Below, one piece after another: positions 16,606-26,113 of a DNA stretch of 64,000 nt. The stretch is from the IMG/VR virus record IMGVR_UViG_3300006752_000019, positions 22,972 to 86,971 of that record; one strand, written 5' to 3'. The notes beneath the pieces were generated by a model that searched no databases, had not been told where the DNA came from, and was given only the letters and a program-made list of their open reading frames with translations. The position numbers and the translations under genes are program-made. Position 1 is the stretch's first letter. Each line of letters begins with the position of its first letter. This DNA comes from a virus (lineage: Duplodnaviria > Caudoviricetes).

Positions 16606-18158
16606 TATTGTAGAATTTCAGGAAGCTCTGATTCTTCATCTGCTGTGGTTGGGTTCGGGGTTTCTCCTCCGTGAGCAATGAAGTTAGCAATGTCTTGTCC
16701 ATCGCCGCATTCTGTTACAGAGAAGTTATGGATTTTGAGGTTAATCCAGTTGCGTTTCTTGGTTCCATCGTGCCAGTTGACAGGGTTAATGTGTCGCAGA
16801 GCATCGCGACCCAAGTGACGCGATTTCAGGTTGATGAATTTATGGGTTCCAAACTCCACACCCTCTTCAGTAATTTCTTCGACTACTTTCTGACGAAGTA
16901 GGAAAAGGTGAGAACAGAATTGAGTAATCGAGTCTGAAAGAGATACAACGCTTTCGTCATCGACAATAGAATCTGCACCACGGTTTGTAGTGATGCCAAG
17001 TCTATTAGACTGCACAGAGCTAAACATAGACACACATGGCTTGCCATCGAAACAAAGATCGCGATGAATTGTTTGTTTAAACTTGTGAACCATATAAGCA
17101 ACCTGTTGCCAGCCGTCAGCCTTGCCCATGCTTGCGAAGTCACTCTTAATATAGTCAAAACTAAAGATAGCCTCGTTGCCGCGACCTACTTTAGAGTAGT
17201 AGACGCGCTTAAGAAGCGATGCCATTTCATCTGCACTAAGACCAGCAACATTAGCGTAATAAAACCTCATGCCTTGGCCTTCTTTGATCTTCTTAAAGGT
17301 GTTTCTGACTCTTCGAACAACTTCTTCTGCTGGAAGTCCGTTGTAGCTGGTATTGCGCCACTTTCCTGTTTCTAGAAGGAACATTGGGATTCCGCTCATT
17401 GCAGAACATTGACGCATAACAAGCTCTTCCTCGCTCATTTCTCCGTTATCGAAGTGAATCACGGGAACATCATGCTCCGCGCCGACCTTCGTGCAGTAGT
17501 CTAGAGAGACTGTTGTTTTGCCTTGACCAGAACGCGCAACAACAACTGTGATATTGCCAGCGCGAAGAAGTGAGCCATAAATCTCATTGATGCGCTGATG
17601 CGGCCCCATTAGGCCAAAACTTTCTTGCGGATTATTGCCTCGCTCTTCGATCATCTCCTCCATAATATCAAAGAGGTTTACTGGGCCAGAATCGCCGCCT
17701 TCAAAGCTCTGAAGGTCTTTGTTGTAAAGTTTGTCTGCTTGATCAATCAACTCGCCATAACTAAGCTCTGGATCGGCTTTTTTTACAAACTTAGCAACCT
17801 TTGAGCAGGATTCATATACAACACGGCGAGCCGTAATCTTCTTTAGCTCCTGAACGTGAGAAATGAATACTTCCTCTGTAACTTTAAAATAAGCAAGAGA
17901 GTGAATATATTCACCAACATCAATGCTGTCAGGGAATGAAACACCCAAACGCTTGATCTGCTCAAGAAGAATTGTATCGTCAATCGCATCTCCTTTGTTA
18001 AGCGCACCACGAATAAGCTTGAAGATCGAAATATTAACTTTCGAGTCTTCGCTATAAAAGTCGATCTCGCCAATGAAAGAGGCAACCTCTTCCCATTTGT
18101 GCTGATGCTGAATAAGTCCACCAAGGACTTTCTTTTCTAGGTCAAAGGAGTGGATCAT
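16605..18158 (-). CDS. dnaB: Replicative DNA helicase, DnaB family
   Basis: ARSGQGKTT Walker A, FDNGEMSEEE, FDYIK, VQSNR, LKSRH. Start moved to ATG 18158. Confidence 0.85.
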   Translation of the reverse strand: MIHSFDLEKKVLGGLIQHQHKWEEVASFIGEIDFYSEDSKVNISIFKLIRGALNKGDAIDDTILLEQIKRLGVSFPDSIDVGEYIHSLAYFKVTEEVFISHVQELKKITARRVVYESCSKVAKFVKKADPELSYGELIDQADKLYNKDLQSFEGGDSGPVNLFDIMEEMIEERGNNPQESFGLMGPHQRINEIYGSLLRAGNITVVVARSGQGKTTVSLDYCTKVGAEHDVPVIHFDNGEMSEEELVMRQCSAMSGIPMFLLETGKWRNTSYNGLPAEEVVRRVRNTFKKIKEGQGMRFYYANVAGLSADEMASLLKRVYYSKVGRGNEAIFSFDYIKSDFASMGKADGWQQVAYMVHKFKQTIHRDLCFDGKPCVSMFSSVQSNRLGITTNRGADSIVDDESVVSLSDSITQFCSHLFLLRQKVVEEITEEGVEFGTHKFINLKSRHLGRDALRHINPVNWHDGTKKRNWINLKIHNFSVTECGDGQDIANFIAHGGETPNPTTADEESELPEILQ

Positions 18159-18379
18159 AGAAGTTCGTTTTCTTCGGTGTAAATCTTGAGGGTTGAGTGC
18201 AAAGCAATATTTGCACATTGGTTGGATGTTCTTGATGTTAGTGTAGGTTCTCCGTTTTCATTGATAAAGAAAAGAAGATATCCTTTGTTCGCGCCATCTG
18301 GCGAACCAGTTGCATCAAATAATTTTGATAAAATGGATATTGGAAGTTGAGGGTCTTCTGTTTGTGTTTCTGGAGTCAT
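18155..18379 (-). CDS. Hypothetical protein (74 aa)
   Basis: Tightly packed co-oriented ORF. Confidence 0.6.
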   Translation of the reverse strand: MTPETQTEDPQLPISILSKLFDATGSPDGANKGYLLFFINENGEPTLTSRTSNQCANIALHSTLKIYTEENELL

Positions 18380-18786
18380 TATATTGCGCCTAGTTCTTTA
18401 AGTAAGTCTACAGAGATTGAATCAGATTGCAAGACCCTAATCATGGTAATTTCATTATTTTCACAAAAAAGCTCTTTGTCGTTATCTCTTTTTAATTGTT
18501 TTAAAAAATTGTGCTTGCTTCCTTGGTGTAGATGTTTGTTATAGCTATAATGCTGTGCGCCATCAACCTCTAGTGCGATCTGTCGAGATGCGTTATAGAA
18601 GTCAATGCTCATTTTAGTGCCAACCACGGGCAGTTCTTCAAATACAACATCTGCAAACCAATAAGGGTAAAGAAGGTCTTTTACGCTTTTCTGAAGCTTA
18701 CTACGACAACCAGCATCCCAATCAATACGATACTTGTGGGAGCTTGCTAGTTTTTTCTTTGCGCCATAAGCTGTATAAAAAATCAT
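18379..18786 (-). CDS. DUF559/Vsr-like PD-(D/E)XK endonuclease
   Basis: FEELPV...IDFY...IALEVDGAQHY...RDNDKELFC. Confidence 0.7.
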   Translation of the reverse strand: MIFYTAYGAKKKLASSHKYRIDWDAGCRSKLQKSVKDLLYPYWFADVVFEELPVVGTKMSIDFYNASRQIALEVDGAQHYSYNKHLHQGSKHNFLKQLKRDNDKELFCENNEITMIRVLQSDSISVDLLKELGAI

Positions 18787-19925
18787 ACGTGAAGAATATT
18801 TTGCTCAACGAACTTTCTCAAATACTTGGTGAGTGATTCATCTGATTCAAGAAGATCGTAGATTTTGTTAATACCCTGAATAGACTCTGGAAAATCAAAG
18901 CCACCTTCTGTGATGTATTTGAAAAGATCTTCTTCAGCCTTGAACCAAGAACCCTTTTTGGAAATAAATTCCCAAGAAAGAAGAAGGTCAACAATTTCAC
19001 GCTCGATCCAAACGCTCTTGCCGCCCTGACGACCATACTTAACTGGATATCTAATAATACGTCCAGAAGTTTCATTATCAGACTTACAGATTTTTGCTTT
19101 GACGTAATGACCAATCGCTTTGTTGCTGTCGCTCATTTGAGCAGCAGGATTTTCAAGAATCTTGTCTTTAGAGAATTGACGCTGAAACTCAAGAATCCAG
19201 TTTGGATAGTGGAGTTGTGCGTTTGATCCAGAAGCAGAAGTTTGGTTATTTGGGTCTGCGCCTTCGTATTGTCCTTTGATTGCTGTGCGAACTTGAGAAA
19301 TCATAATACAAAGGTGGCCAAACTTACCCATACCCAAGCTTACCCTTCTAAGGAAGTCTGAAGAAAGTAACGCACCTGCGGCGACTTTGTTTGCCTCGCT
19401 GGTTGTTTTATGAATATCTTCTTTTGAAACAAGACCATCCATGCTATCAATAATCATGCAAAAGCGGGTCTTGTTTGGGTTGTTTGTCATAATGCCACGA
19501 ATAAAGTCAAAAACCAAATTATAAACATTTGATTGTAGAACTAGACAAGTGCCATCTACCCATTCTTCTGCTTGATAAACAAACTTCACTCCAGACCTTG
19601 CTCGCATCTTTGGCCCCAATCGACCCTCCGCTTGAATGTATAGTCCACGCGAACCTTCTTGGTTGGCGAGCATCTCATACATGATTTGCAATGCTTCGCT
19701 AGTCTTGCCGCACTCGTTGCCGCCAGTAAAACGAAGAAGACCTGACACAAAGCCACCACCGATCTCAGAATCCATAATCATTGATCCGCTGGATACAAAA
19801 CTGTCATCAGCAATAGACTCCTCAAAGTTGAGGTGGTCTTGCTTGTTGGATTGCATGAAGTTAGCGGCGAAAGTTGCCACATCTGCCTTTTTAGGCTCCT
19901 CTTTAGTTTTCTTTTTTGCTGCCAT
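18783..19925 (-). CDS. recA: RecA/UvsX-like recombinase
   Basis: VSSGSMIMD..IGGG, GGNECGKTS, IIDSMDGL, ISQVR, SGSNAQLHYP. Confidence 0.85.
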   Translation of the reverse strand: MAAKKKTKEEPKKADVATFAANFMQSNKQDHLNFEESIADDSFVSSGSMIMDSEIGGGFVSGLLRFTGGNECGKTSEALQIMYEMLANQEGSRGLYIQAEGRLGPKMRARSGVKFVYQAEEWVDGTCLVLQSNVYNLVFDFIRGIMTNNPNKTRFCMIIDSMDGLVSKEDIHKTTSEANKVAAGALLSSDFLRRVSLGMGKFGHLCIMISQVRTAIKGQYEGADPNNQTSASGSNAQLHYPNWILEFQRQFSKDKILENPAAQMSDSNKAIGHYVKAKICKSDNETSGRIIRYPVKYGRQGGKSVWIEREIVDLLLSWEFISKKGSWFKAEEDLFKYITEGGFDFPESIQGINKIYDLLESDESLTKYLRKFVEQNILHV

Positions 19926-20367
19926 TTAAAAAATCTCTTAGTGTTCGTATTTTGGGTTTCACTGTATCTTCTCCAATTTTGTCGATTTGTTCAACAAAAT
20001 CTTCTTGGTTTTTTGGTAAATATAAGTATTCTCGATGTTTTTTTTCAAGATATTTGCGCCCATCTTTAGAACGAAGATATCTAATTGAGTTTTTAAATTT
20101 AAATGGAGGTTTTACCTTAGATAAAAATTCAATATCGTTATCAAACCATTTAAAAACCTGAGTTGCCACCATCATGTCCATAGACATATCTTCAGACTTT
20201 TCGCCATCCAACATGCGAACAACAAATTTTTTTCTTTCTCTAAAGAAAGGCTTGGCTTGTTTCTTGGGCTTGGTTGCGCTAAAAACTTCTCCACAGTGAT
20301 TGCACTTGGATGCTCTTGCGCCAATTAGTTGCTTGCATTTTGGGCATTCTTTTTTACCACGGGGCAT
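19903..20367 (-). CDS. Zinc-ribbon protein
   Basis: CPKC-x10-CNHC at the N-terminus. Confidence 0.6.
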   Translation of the reverse strand: MPRGKKECPKCKQLIGARASKCNHCGEVFSATKPKKQAKPFFRERKKFVVRMLDGEKSEDMSMDMMVATQVFKWFDNDIEFLSKVKPPFKFKNSIRYLRSKDGRKYLEKKHREYLYLPKNQEDFVEQIDKIGEDTVKPKIRTLRDFLNGSKKEN

Positions 20368-20375
20368 ACGATATT

Positions 20376-20404
20376 AGTATGCCTTGCTTTGAAGAATTTG
20401 TCAA
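20376..20404 (-). promoter_or_regulatory. Sigma70 promoter, leaderless type (zinc-ribbon / recA operon)
   Basis: TTGACA-N17-CATACT-N8-ATG. Confidence 0.65.
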
Positions 20405-20514
20405 TCTTCTTTTGCGACCCAGCAAATAAAACCAATAATGCAGACAACAGCAGCAAGCGCAGAAACTGTTTCAACTGGAGTAATTTTAATATTCGTAGGA
20501 TTGTCGATTTCCAT
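20401..20514 (-). CDS. Small single-pass membrane protein (37 aa)
   Basis: Manual translation: MEIDNPTNIKITPVETVSALAAVVCIIGFICWVAKED. Fills the gap after gmd. Confidence 0.55.
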   Translation of the reverse strand: MEIDNPTNIKITPVETVSALAAVVCIIGFICWVAKED

Positions 20515-20515
20515 T

Positions 20516-21550
20516 TTAATTTAATTTTAAATCGTTTTCTACCATCTTACGAACCAAATCTTGAAAAGAAGATTTTGGTTTCCATCCTAGTTCTTGGCGA
20601 GCAAGCGTTGAATCGCCGTGAAGAAGTGAAACCTCTGCTGGGCGATAATATTCAGGGTTGATTTTTACCAAGACCTGAGAACCGTGCATATACATTTCGT
20701 TTTCTTTCTCACCAACCCATTTACAATTTTCTTGACCAAAGCCAGCATACGCAAAAGCAAGCTCTACAAACTCACGAATACTGTGAGTTTCATTTGAAGA
20801 TAAAACATATTCTTTTGGAGATTTATTGTTTAACATTAACCAAACGCCCTCAACGAAGTCTTCCGCATCACTCCAATCGCGTTTTGCATCTAGGTTGCCA
20901 AGTTCAATAGCTGTAATAGGCTCGCCTAGGCGAGCTTGGTGAAAAATTTCAGAAACGCCTTTGGTAATCTTGCGAGTAACGAATTCTTCTCCACGGCGAA
21001 TCCCTTCATGATTAAGGAGCCAGCCTTGAACTGCGTAAATATTATATGATTCGCGCCAAACCTTTACAAGCTGTCGAGCAGCTACTTTTGAAACACCATA
21101 TGGGCTTCGTGCTTTTGCTGGATGTTTTTCATCTTGAGGGCTATAATCTACATTTCCCCATTCTTCAGATGAACCTGCGTTGTAATAACGACAATCAGGA
21201 CAGTGTTTGCGAATAGCTTCAACCTGATATAAAACCGCCATGAGGTTGGTGTTCATGTGGTTAACTGGCATATTCCAGCTATTACCAACAAAAGAATTAG
21301 CTGCAAAATTGATAAAGTAGTCTGGTTGTTCGTTTTGGATTACCCACTCAACATTGGCTTGGTCGGTTACATCTAAATCAATTAGCTTGAATCTTTCGTG
21401 GCCAACAAGGTGTTCGATGTTTTGATGGTTCTTTACAGACAAACGCCTGATCCCGCCAATGATTACATTTTCAGTGTTGTTAATTAGATAATCGGCCATA
21501 TGGCTACCATCTTGTCCTGTTACGCCTGTGATTAGAACTTTTTTACTCAT
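20516..21550 (-). CDS. gmd: GDP-mannose 4,6-dehydratase
   Basis: ITGVTGQDGSHM, RSPYGVSK, NHEGIRRGEEFVTRKIT, LGNLDAKRDW, YYRPAEV. Confidence 0.93.
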   Translation of the reverse strand: MSKKVLITGVTGQDGSHMADYLINNTENVIIGGIRRLSVKNHQNIEHLVGHERFKLIDLDVTDQANVEWVIQNEQPDYFINFAANSFVGNSWNMPVNHMNTNLMAVLYQVEAIRKHCPDCRYYNAGSSEEWGNVDYSPQDEKHPAKARSPYGVSKVAARQLVKVWRESYNIYAVQGWLLNHEGIRRGEEFVTRKITKGVSEIFHQARLGEPITAIELGNLDAKRDWSDAEDFVEGVWLMLNNKSPKEYVLSSNETHSIREFVELAFAYAGFGQENCKWVGEKENEMYMHGSQVLVKINPEYYRPAEVSLLHGDSTLARQELGWKPKSSFQDLVRKMVENDLKLN

Positions 21551-21863
21551 CTTCTTCTGTTGTGGGAAACAGAGCGTTTTGCAAGGTCTTCTTTGCCAAG
21601 AAAACTTTTTCTCTGTAGTTGTTTATATTCTTTGCTTTTCTTTTAAAGGCCATATCGTATTCGCGATTAGCTTCTAATAACTCATCATATTCACTGGAAC
21701 CCAAAACATCCAATAATTCATCAACACCAAGCTCGACACTGAGGTTCAAAGAACAATCAACTAAAGATTTTTCTGTTTCTTTAGTCTGTTTCTTTTCGTG
21801 TTTAATTTTTAATTTACAATGATAATCAAACGCATCCGATTCTTTTACTAAAAGTTTAATCAT
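21543..21863 (-). CDS. Hypothetical helical protein (106 aa)
   Basis: Coupled ORF within the sugar-gene cluster. Confidence 0.6.
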   Translation of the reverse strand: MIKLLVKESDAFDYHCKLKIKHEKKQTKETEKSLVDCSLNLSVELGVDELLDVLGSSEYDELLEANREYDMAFKRKAKNINNYREKVFLAKKTLQNALFPTTEEDE

Positions 21864-22732
21864 GGGTTAGTGAATTGTTCTATTTTGTTAATTAGTTCTG
21901 TTTCTATGAGAGTTTCTTGGTTTTCGTCTTCGAAATTCATCATAAAACTTTTACCGTTTTGAGCAATATCTTTGCACTTTTGGTCGTTATTCATGCACCA
22001 ATCTAATACTGCATTAAAGTCTGAAAAGTCTCTCTCAACAGGAATGTAGTGAACATATGGTTGTAGAAGGTGTTCGCAAAGCCACGAATGGTATCGTGGT
22101 AATGGCATAATTGGAACTGAGTTCGAAGCAAGAATCCAATTGAGACTGCTGGACTTGTCGTTACCATCAATTACTGGCAAGTATTTGTGTTGAACAAATT
22201 CATTTACTCCAGAAAAACCTTTAAGCCATTCTATTTTGTATAAAGGATTATGTGTTTTTATGTTTTGCGAATAATCTGAAAACGCTACATCGTAAACACC
22301 GAAATACTTTTGCACAAAATTAATGCGCTCATTAAAATGCATATTGTGGCCTGTGTCTGCGCCTCTCCAAAACACAGTGTTGCTTTTATCTTCCCAATTT
22401 ATATCGTGGGAAGCATTTATTGTCCAATGGCGTTTTTTGTTTAGGTTTGCAATAACGCCTGTAGACTGTTGGTTAAATGTATCTCTTGTCTTTACTAGAA
22501 CTGGATAGTTTTCGCCTATATATGGCTTGTCTCCACAGCAAAACCAAAGGCTTTTATTTTTAGATAGATTATGATAGCGAATGATATCATCATTATAATG
22601 AAGACGAGATGGTATCTCCTTGTCAATTTTGAAAGGATGATCAAAAGGTAAAAAATGAATGTTCGGAGGCTCTTGATTAGTCCAAGCCTTGCCAAGATAA
22701 AATTTTATTCTTTCAGAGGTAGATATTTTCAT
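21860..22732 (-). CDS. GT90/CAP10-like (LPS-modifying-type) glycosyltransferase
   Basis: INWEDKSNTVFWRGADTG, HKYLPVIDGND.SSSLNW.L.SNSV, LQPYVHYIPV..DFSD. Confidence 0.8.
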   Translation of the reverse strand: MKISTSERIKFYLGKAWTNQEPPNIHFLPFDHPFKIDKEIPSRLHYNDDIIRYHNLSKNKSLWFCCGDKPYIGENYPVLVKTRDTFNQQSTGVIANLNKKRHWTINASHDINWEDKSNTVFWRGADTGHNMHFNERINFVQKYFGVYDVAFSDYSQNIKTHNPLYKIEWLKGFSGVNEFVQHKYLPVIDGNDKSSSLNWILASNSVPIMPLPRYHSWLCEHLLQPYVHYIPVERDFSDFNAVLDWCMNNDQKCKDIAQNGKSFMMNFEDENQETLIETELINKIEQFTNP

Positions 22733-23589
22733 TTTACTTTTACTAGGTTTTCAAAGTCAAAATCTTCTTCAATATCTTTATTTCCATCAACGTAAAATTT
22801 ATAAAAGTCATTTAGATACTTTTCTTTTTCAATGCAAGCTTTAATTGTGTCATTATACTCTCCTGCAATCAAAAAATCTTTTACAGCTTTAAAATCTTGA
22901 ATGTCGATATTGAGTTTTTGCATCTCATTGAAGAAAGCGGCTCTAACCTGATATCTAAATTGAATAAATTTTTGGTCATGCTCACATTTAAGAACAAGAT
23001 GGTTCGTGTTTGGGAAAAGATAATATTTCAGATTATGGTCGATAAACTCATACTTGTCTCTGTGTAGATGACGCACATTCTGCCAATATTCATCCTTCCA
23101 AAATGGCATAGTGGTGATTTCAAAAGATTTACTGATGCCAGCCATGCCGCTATGAGGGTTGAGTTGATAAGCAGAGCGTTCATTGTATTTAAAAAGAAAG
23201 TGTTTGTTTCTGAGGAAGACTCCATCAATTCCATTGTCGTCAAATCTCTTAATAAGGTTTGGCAGCATTGCGGCGAAGTCTACATGCATACGCTCAAGCG
23301 TATCAATGGTCATAAACCAATCGCCGTATTTGATTGGCCCGTGATAGAGTCCAATGTTGCGACTAAAGTCTGTGCGGTTACACCAAGGAGCGCGAAGAAT
23401 CTTACCTTGTTTCTTGTTGTTATAAAGGTATTGTAATCCTTCTTCTAGCCTTTGGCCAGCCTGTAAATTTTCTTGATCTGTATGATAAACCCATACCAAT
23501 CCATCAAAGTATTCTTTGATAGGCTCGATCAATTCTTTCAAGTGGTCGCCGTTGTTGGCGTTGGTCATTCCTGTGAGCCATAGTTTCAT
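22729..23589 (-). CDS. GT2-like glycosyltransferase
   Basis: DFSRN...GDWFMTIDTLE resembles the DFSAARN...LDADE pattern. ATG 23589 follows a sigma70-like promoter. Confidence 0.6.
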   Translation of the reverse strand: MKLWLTGMTNANNGDHLKELIEPIKEYFDGLVWVYHTDQENLQAGQRLEEGLQYLYNNKKQGKILRAPWCNRTDFSRNIGLYHGPIKYGDWFMTIDTLERMHVDFAAMLPNLIKRFDDNGIDGVFLRNKHFLFKYNERSAYQLNPHSGMAGISKSFEITTMPFWKDEYWQNVRHLHRDKYEFIDHNLKYYLFPNTNHLVLKCEHDQKFIQFRYQVRAAFFNEMQKLNIDIQDFKAVKDFLIAGEYNDTIKACIEKEKYLNDFYKFYVDGNKDIEEDFDFENLVKVK

Positions 23590-23596
23590 TTGAACT

Positions 23597-23625
23597 ATTC
23601 TAGGCTTAGGATATGTATTTTTCAA
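23597..23625 (-). promoter_or_regulatory. Sigma70 promoter, leaderless type
   Basis: TTGAAA-N17-TAGAAT-N7-ATG. Confidence 0.7.
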
Positions 23626-23631
23626 AAAAAA

Positions 23632-24354
23632 TTAACCTATATGCTGAGAATAAATCTTTTCAGGATTGTAAAAAGAGAAAGGTGTTTGCGACTCTGTTAA
23701 ATTCTTTAAAATGTCACCAGAAAGAAGCTCGCAGTGATACTGTCCTAAGATATCCAAATGGTTTTGTGCAGCCTTCCATGCAGCATAGATTTCACTCGTT
23801 CTGTTTATATTGGGCTGAAACGTGAAAGTTGACCCCCATTGCGTATATTTTAAGCCCTGAGTAAAAATATCTTTGCTTGCTGATTGAAAGTGGTCTTTAT
23901 CGCATTTTTTAAATTCTTCAGCACTATTAAACCTTACGCATAGCTGGTTTGTATTGTTGTCTAAGAAATTTTCTGACTCACGCAGCGCGGAAATAAGATC
24001 GTATTTTTGTGTTTTTAAAATCCAATCATCTTCTAGCCAAAACGAATATTTTTGTTTTCTGATTGTGGGGTCAGAATAAACTTTAAATACGTCTTTAAAA
24101 TATTCAGCAGAGTGAACTTGATGATTGCTTGAATGATGAACCACATCAGCTTTGCTTTCAATGATTCTAAAGTTTTTGTCTGCGGCAAAGTTTTTAATCT
24201 CTTCTGCTTTTTCTTCTTGAGAAGGTTTGGTTTTTAGGTGCAGGATCCTGTCAGAGAAATAGTCTTTCGTCTGATTTAAGATAGATTCAATGGTTTCTTG
24301 GTAGGTGTGTCGCCCACCATGCCCCATTGTTGTGCAGAAAACGATTAGGTTCAT
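23632..24354 (-). CDS. GT-A fold glycosyltransferase
   Basis: YQETIESIL...YSFWLEDDW...FTFQP. ATG 24354 follows a sigma70-like promoter. Confidence 0.6.
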   Translation of the reverse strand: MNLIVFCTTMGHGGRHTYQETIESILNQTKDYFSDRILHLKTKPSQEEKAEEIKNFAADKNFRIIESKADVVHHSSNHQVHSAEYFKDVFKVYSDPTIRKQKYSFWLEDDWILKTQKYDLISALRESENFLDNNTNQLCVRFNSAEEFKKCDKDHFQSASKDIFTQGLKYTQWGSTFTFQPNINRTSEIYAAWKAAQNHLDILGQYHCELLSGDILKNLTESQTPFSFYNPEKIYSQHIG

Positions 24355-24360
24355 TACGCC

Positions 24361-24389
24361 ATTATATAAAACATTTACAAAAAAATCAA
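24361..24389 (-). promoter_or_regulatory. Sigma70 promoter, leaderless type
   Basis: TTGATT-N17-TATAAT-N6-ATG, directly after the nrdA terminator. Confidence 0.75.
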
Positions 24390-24390
24390 A

Positions 24391-24422
24391 CAAAAAACCC
24401 CTAGTCCACTCGGACTAGGGGT
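24391..24422 (-). terminator. Rho-independent terminator after nrdA
   Basis: Minus strand ACCCCTAGTCC-GAGT-GGACTAGGGGT followed by a T-run. Confidence 0.9.
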
Positions 24423-24466
24423 AAAGTCAATCTACTGTGTTTTCGACTTATTTGACTTTTTTTAAA

Positions 24467-26113
24467 TCATGCCTCGCAGGAAGCACATGTCAGGATAGAC
24501 CTAGCAAGTTCTTGACTTGGATTTGCGCTACGCTGATAGTAGAAGCCCTTTACTCCCTGCTCCCAACCAAAAATAATAAGCTGGTTGATGTCCTTTACAG
24601 GTGTCTTCGGCGGGATCATAAGGTTTAGTGATTGTCCTTGGTCAATATATTTCTGACGTTGTGCGGCTTGAATCACAATCTCCTTTTGAGAAATTTCCTC
24701 AAATGTTTTGAATACTTCTTTCTCTTCTTCTGTAAGGAATTCAAGATGTTGAACAGAACCTGCCTTGAGTAGAATACTCTTCCAGACTTCAGGGTTATTT
24801 TGACCTTTTGCTTCCAGTAGTTTTTCGAGGTATGGATTGAGATAGGTAAATTTACCTTTAGCTAGGTTCTTGGTAAAGTAGTTTCCATTGAGAGGTTCAA
24901 TTGACGGAGAAACTTGGCCCAAGATAAAGGAGCTGCTAGTGGTTGGTGCAATAGCCATTGTGGTTGTATTGCGGCGACCATAGCCTTTGAGAAGTTCTGG
25001 TTCTCCAAGTAGCTTGGCGAGTTCTTCTGTCGCGGCATCGCAGCGATCACGAATAGTGGAAAAGATGTTGGCGTTCAACATTTTTGCCTCCATGCCTTCG
25101 AAAGCAATCATTTTACTTTGAAGAAAAGAATGCCAGCCCAAAACCCCAACACCAATAGCGCGTTGACGCATTGCAAAATTACGACACGATTCCATAAACA
25201 TAACACCTTCTGTTTTTTGGATATATTCTTCCATAACAGCATCAAGGAACATGGTGAGTGTTTCAACTGCGTCTGTATTCACGATTTCATCCCAATTAAC
25301 GAGATTGATAGAAGAAAGACAACAAACAAAAGATTCGTCTGGACTTGAAGAAAGAGCGATCTCATTGCAGAGGTTACTGGCGTAGATTTCTTTTCCTTTG
25401 TCCTTGTATGCTTGTGGAGCGTTTTTATTTGCAGTATCTTTGAAAAAAAGATATGGGTATCCACTTTCAGAGCGTTTCTTTAGAACCTGCGCCCAAATCT
25501 TACGCTTCTCTGTATCGCCATCAATCATGGACTGCATCCATTCATCACCAATAGTTACAGCGAAAGACATATCTTGAATTGCGTGTCCTTCGTTGCGAAT
25601 ACGAAGAAACTCTTCTACATCAGGATGCTCAATTGGAAGGTATGCGGCAAAGCTACCACGGCGAATACCTCCTTGGGAAACAACAGAAGCTGTTGTGTCA
25701 AACTTTTCCATGAAGTGAACGGGGCCAAATGAAGTTTTTCCATCGCTGATGTTTGCACCACGAGGGCGTAGATCGCCAAAGTATCCAGAAGTGCCAGCAG
25801 CATTCTTTGTTTGCATACCAACTTCTGCATCTTTAAGAAGGATTGATTCCATTGTGTCTTCAATGTAAACACCGTTACATGAAATAGGCAAACCTCTCTT
25901 GCGGCCAAAGTTAGCCCATACAGGACTAGCCAGAGAGTAAAATCCTCTCGACATATATTCTTCAAACTTAGCAGCAAAACCCTTGATACCAAGGTATTTC
26001 TCTGCTGTGTTTGCTATGTCTTTTATTCTTTGTTCTGGAGTTTCGCCTTCTACTAGGTAGTCAATAAGGAATTTGCGGGAGTCTTCGTTTAGCCAATAAT
26101 ATTTTTCGTTCAT
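24467..26113 (-). CDS. nrdA: Class I ribonucleotide reductase alpha subunit (compact, no ATP cone)
   Basis: ISCN, SNLCNEI, MAIAPT, FYYQR, C-terminal CASC. Confidence 0.93.
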   Translation of the reverse strand: MNEKYYWLNEDSRKFLIDYLVEGETPEQRIKDIANTAEKYLGIKGFAAKFEEYMSRGFYSLASPVWANFGRKRGLPISCNGVYIEDTMESILLKDAEVGMQTKNAAGTSGYFGDLRPRGANISDGKTSFGPVHFMEKFDTTASVVSQGGIRRGSFAAYLPIEHPDVEEFLRIRNEGHAIQDMSFAVTIGDEWMQSMIDGDTEKRKIWAQVLKKRSESGYPYLFFKDTANKNAPQAYKDKGKEIYASNLCNEIALSSSPDESFVCCLSSINLVNWDEIVNTDAVETLTMFLDAVMEEYIQKTEGVMFMESCRNFAMRQRAIGVGVLGWHSFLQSKMIAFEGMEAKMLNANIFSTIRDRCDAATEELAKLLGEPELLKGYGRRNTTTMAIAPTTSSSFILGQVSPSIEPLNGNYFTKNLAKGKFTYLNPYLEKLLEAKGQNNPEVWKSILLKAGSVQHLEFLTEEEKEVFKTFEEISQKEIVIQAAQRQKYIDQGQSLNLMIPPKTPVKDINQLIIFGWEQGVKGFYYQRSANPSQELARSILTCASCEA

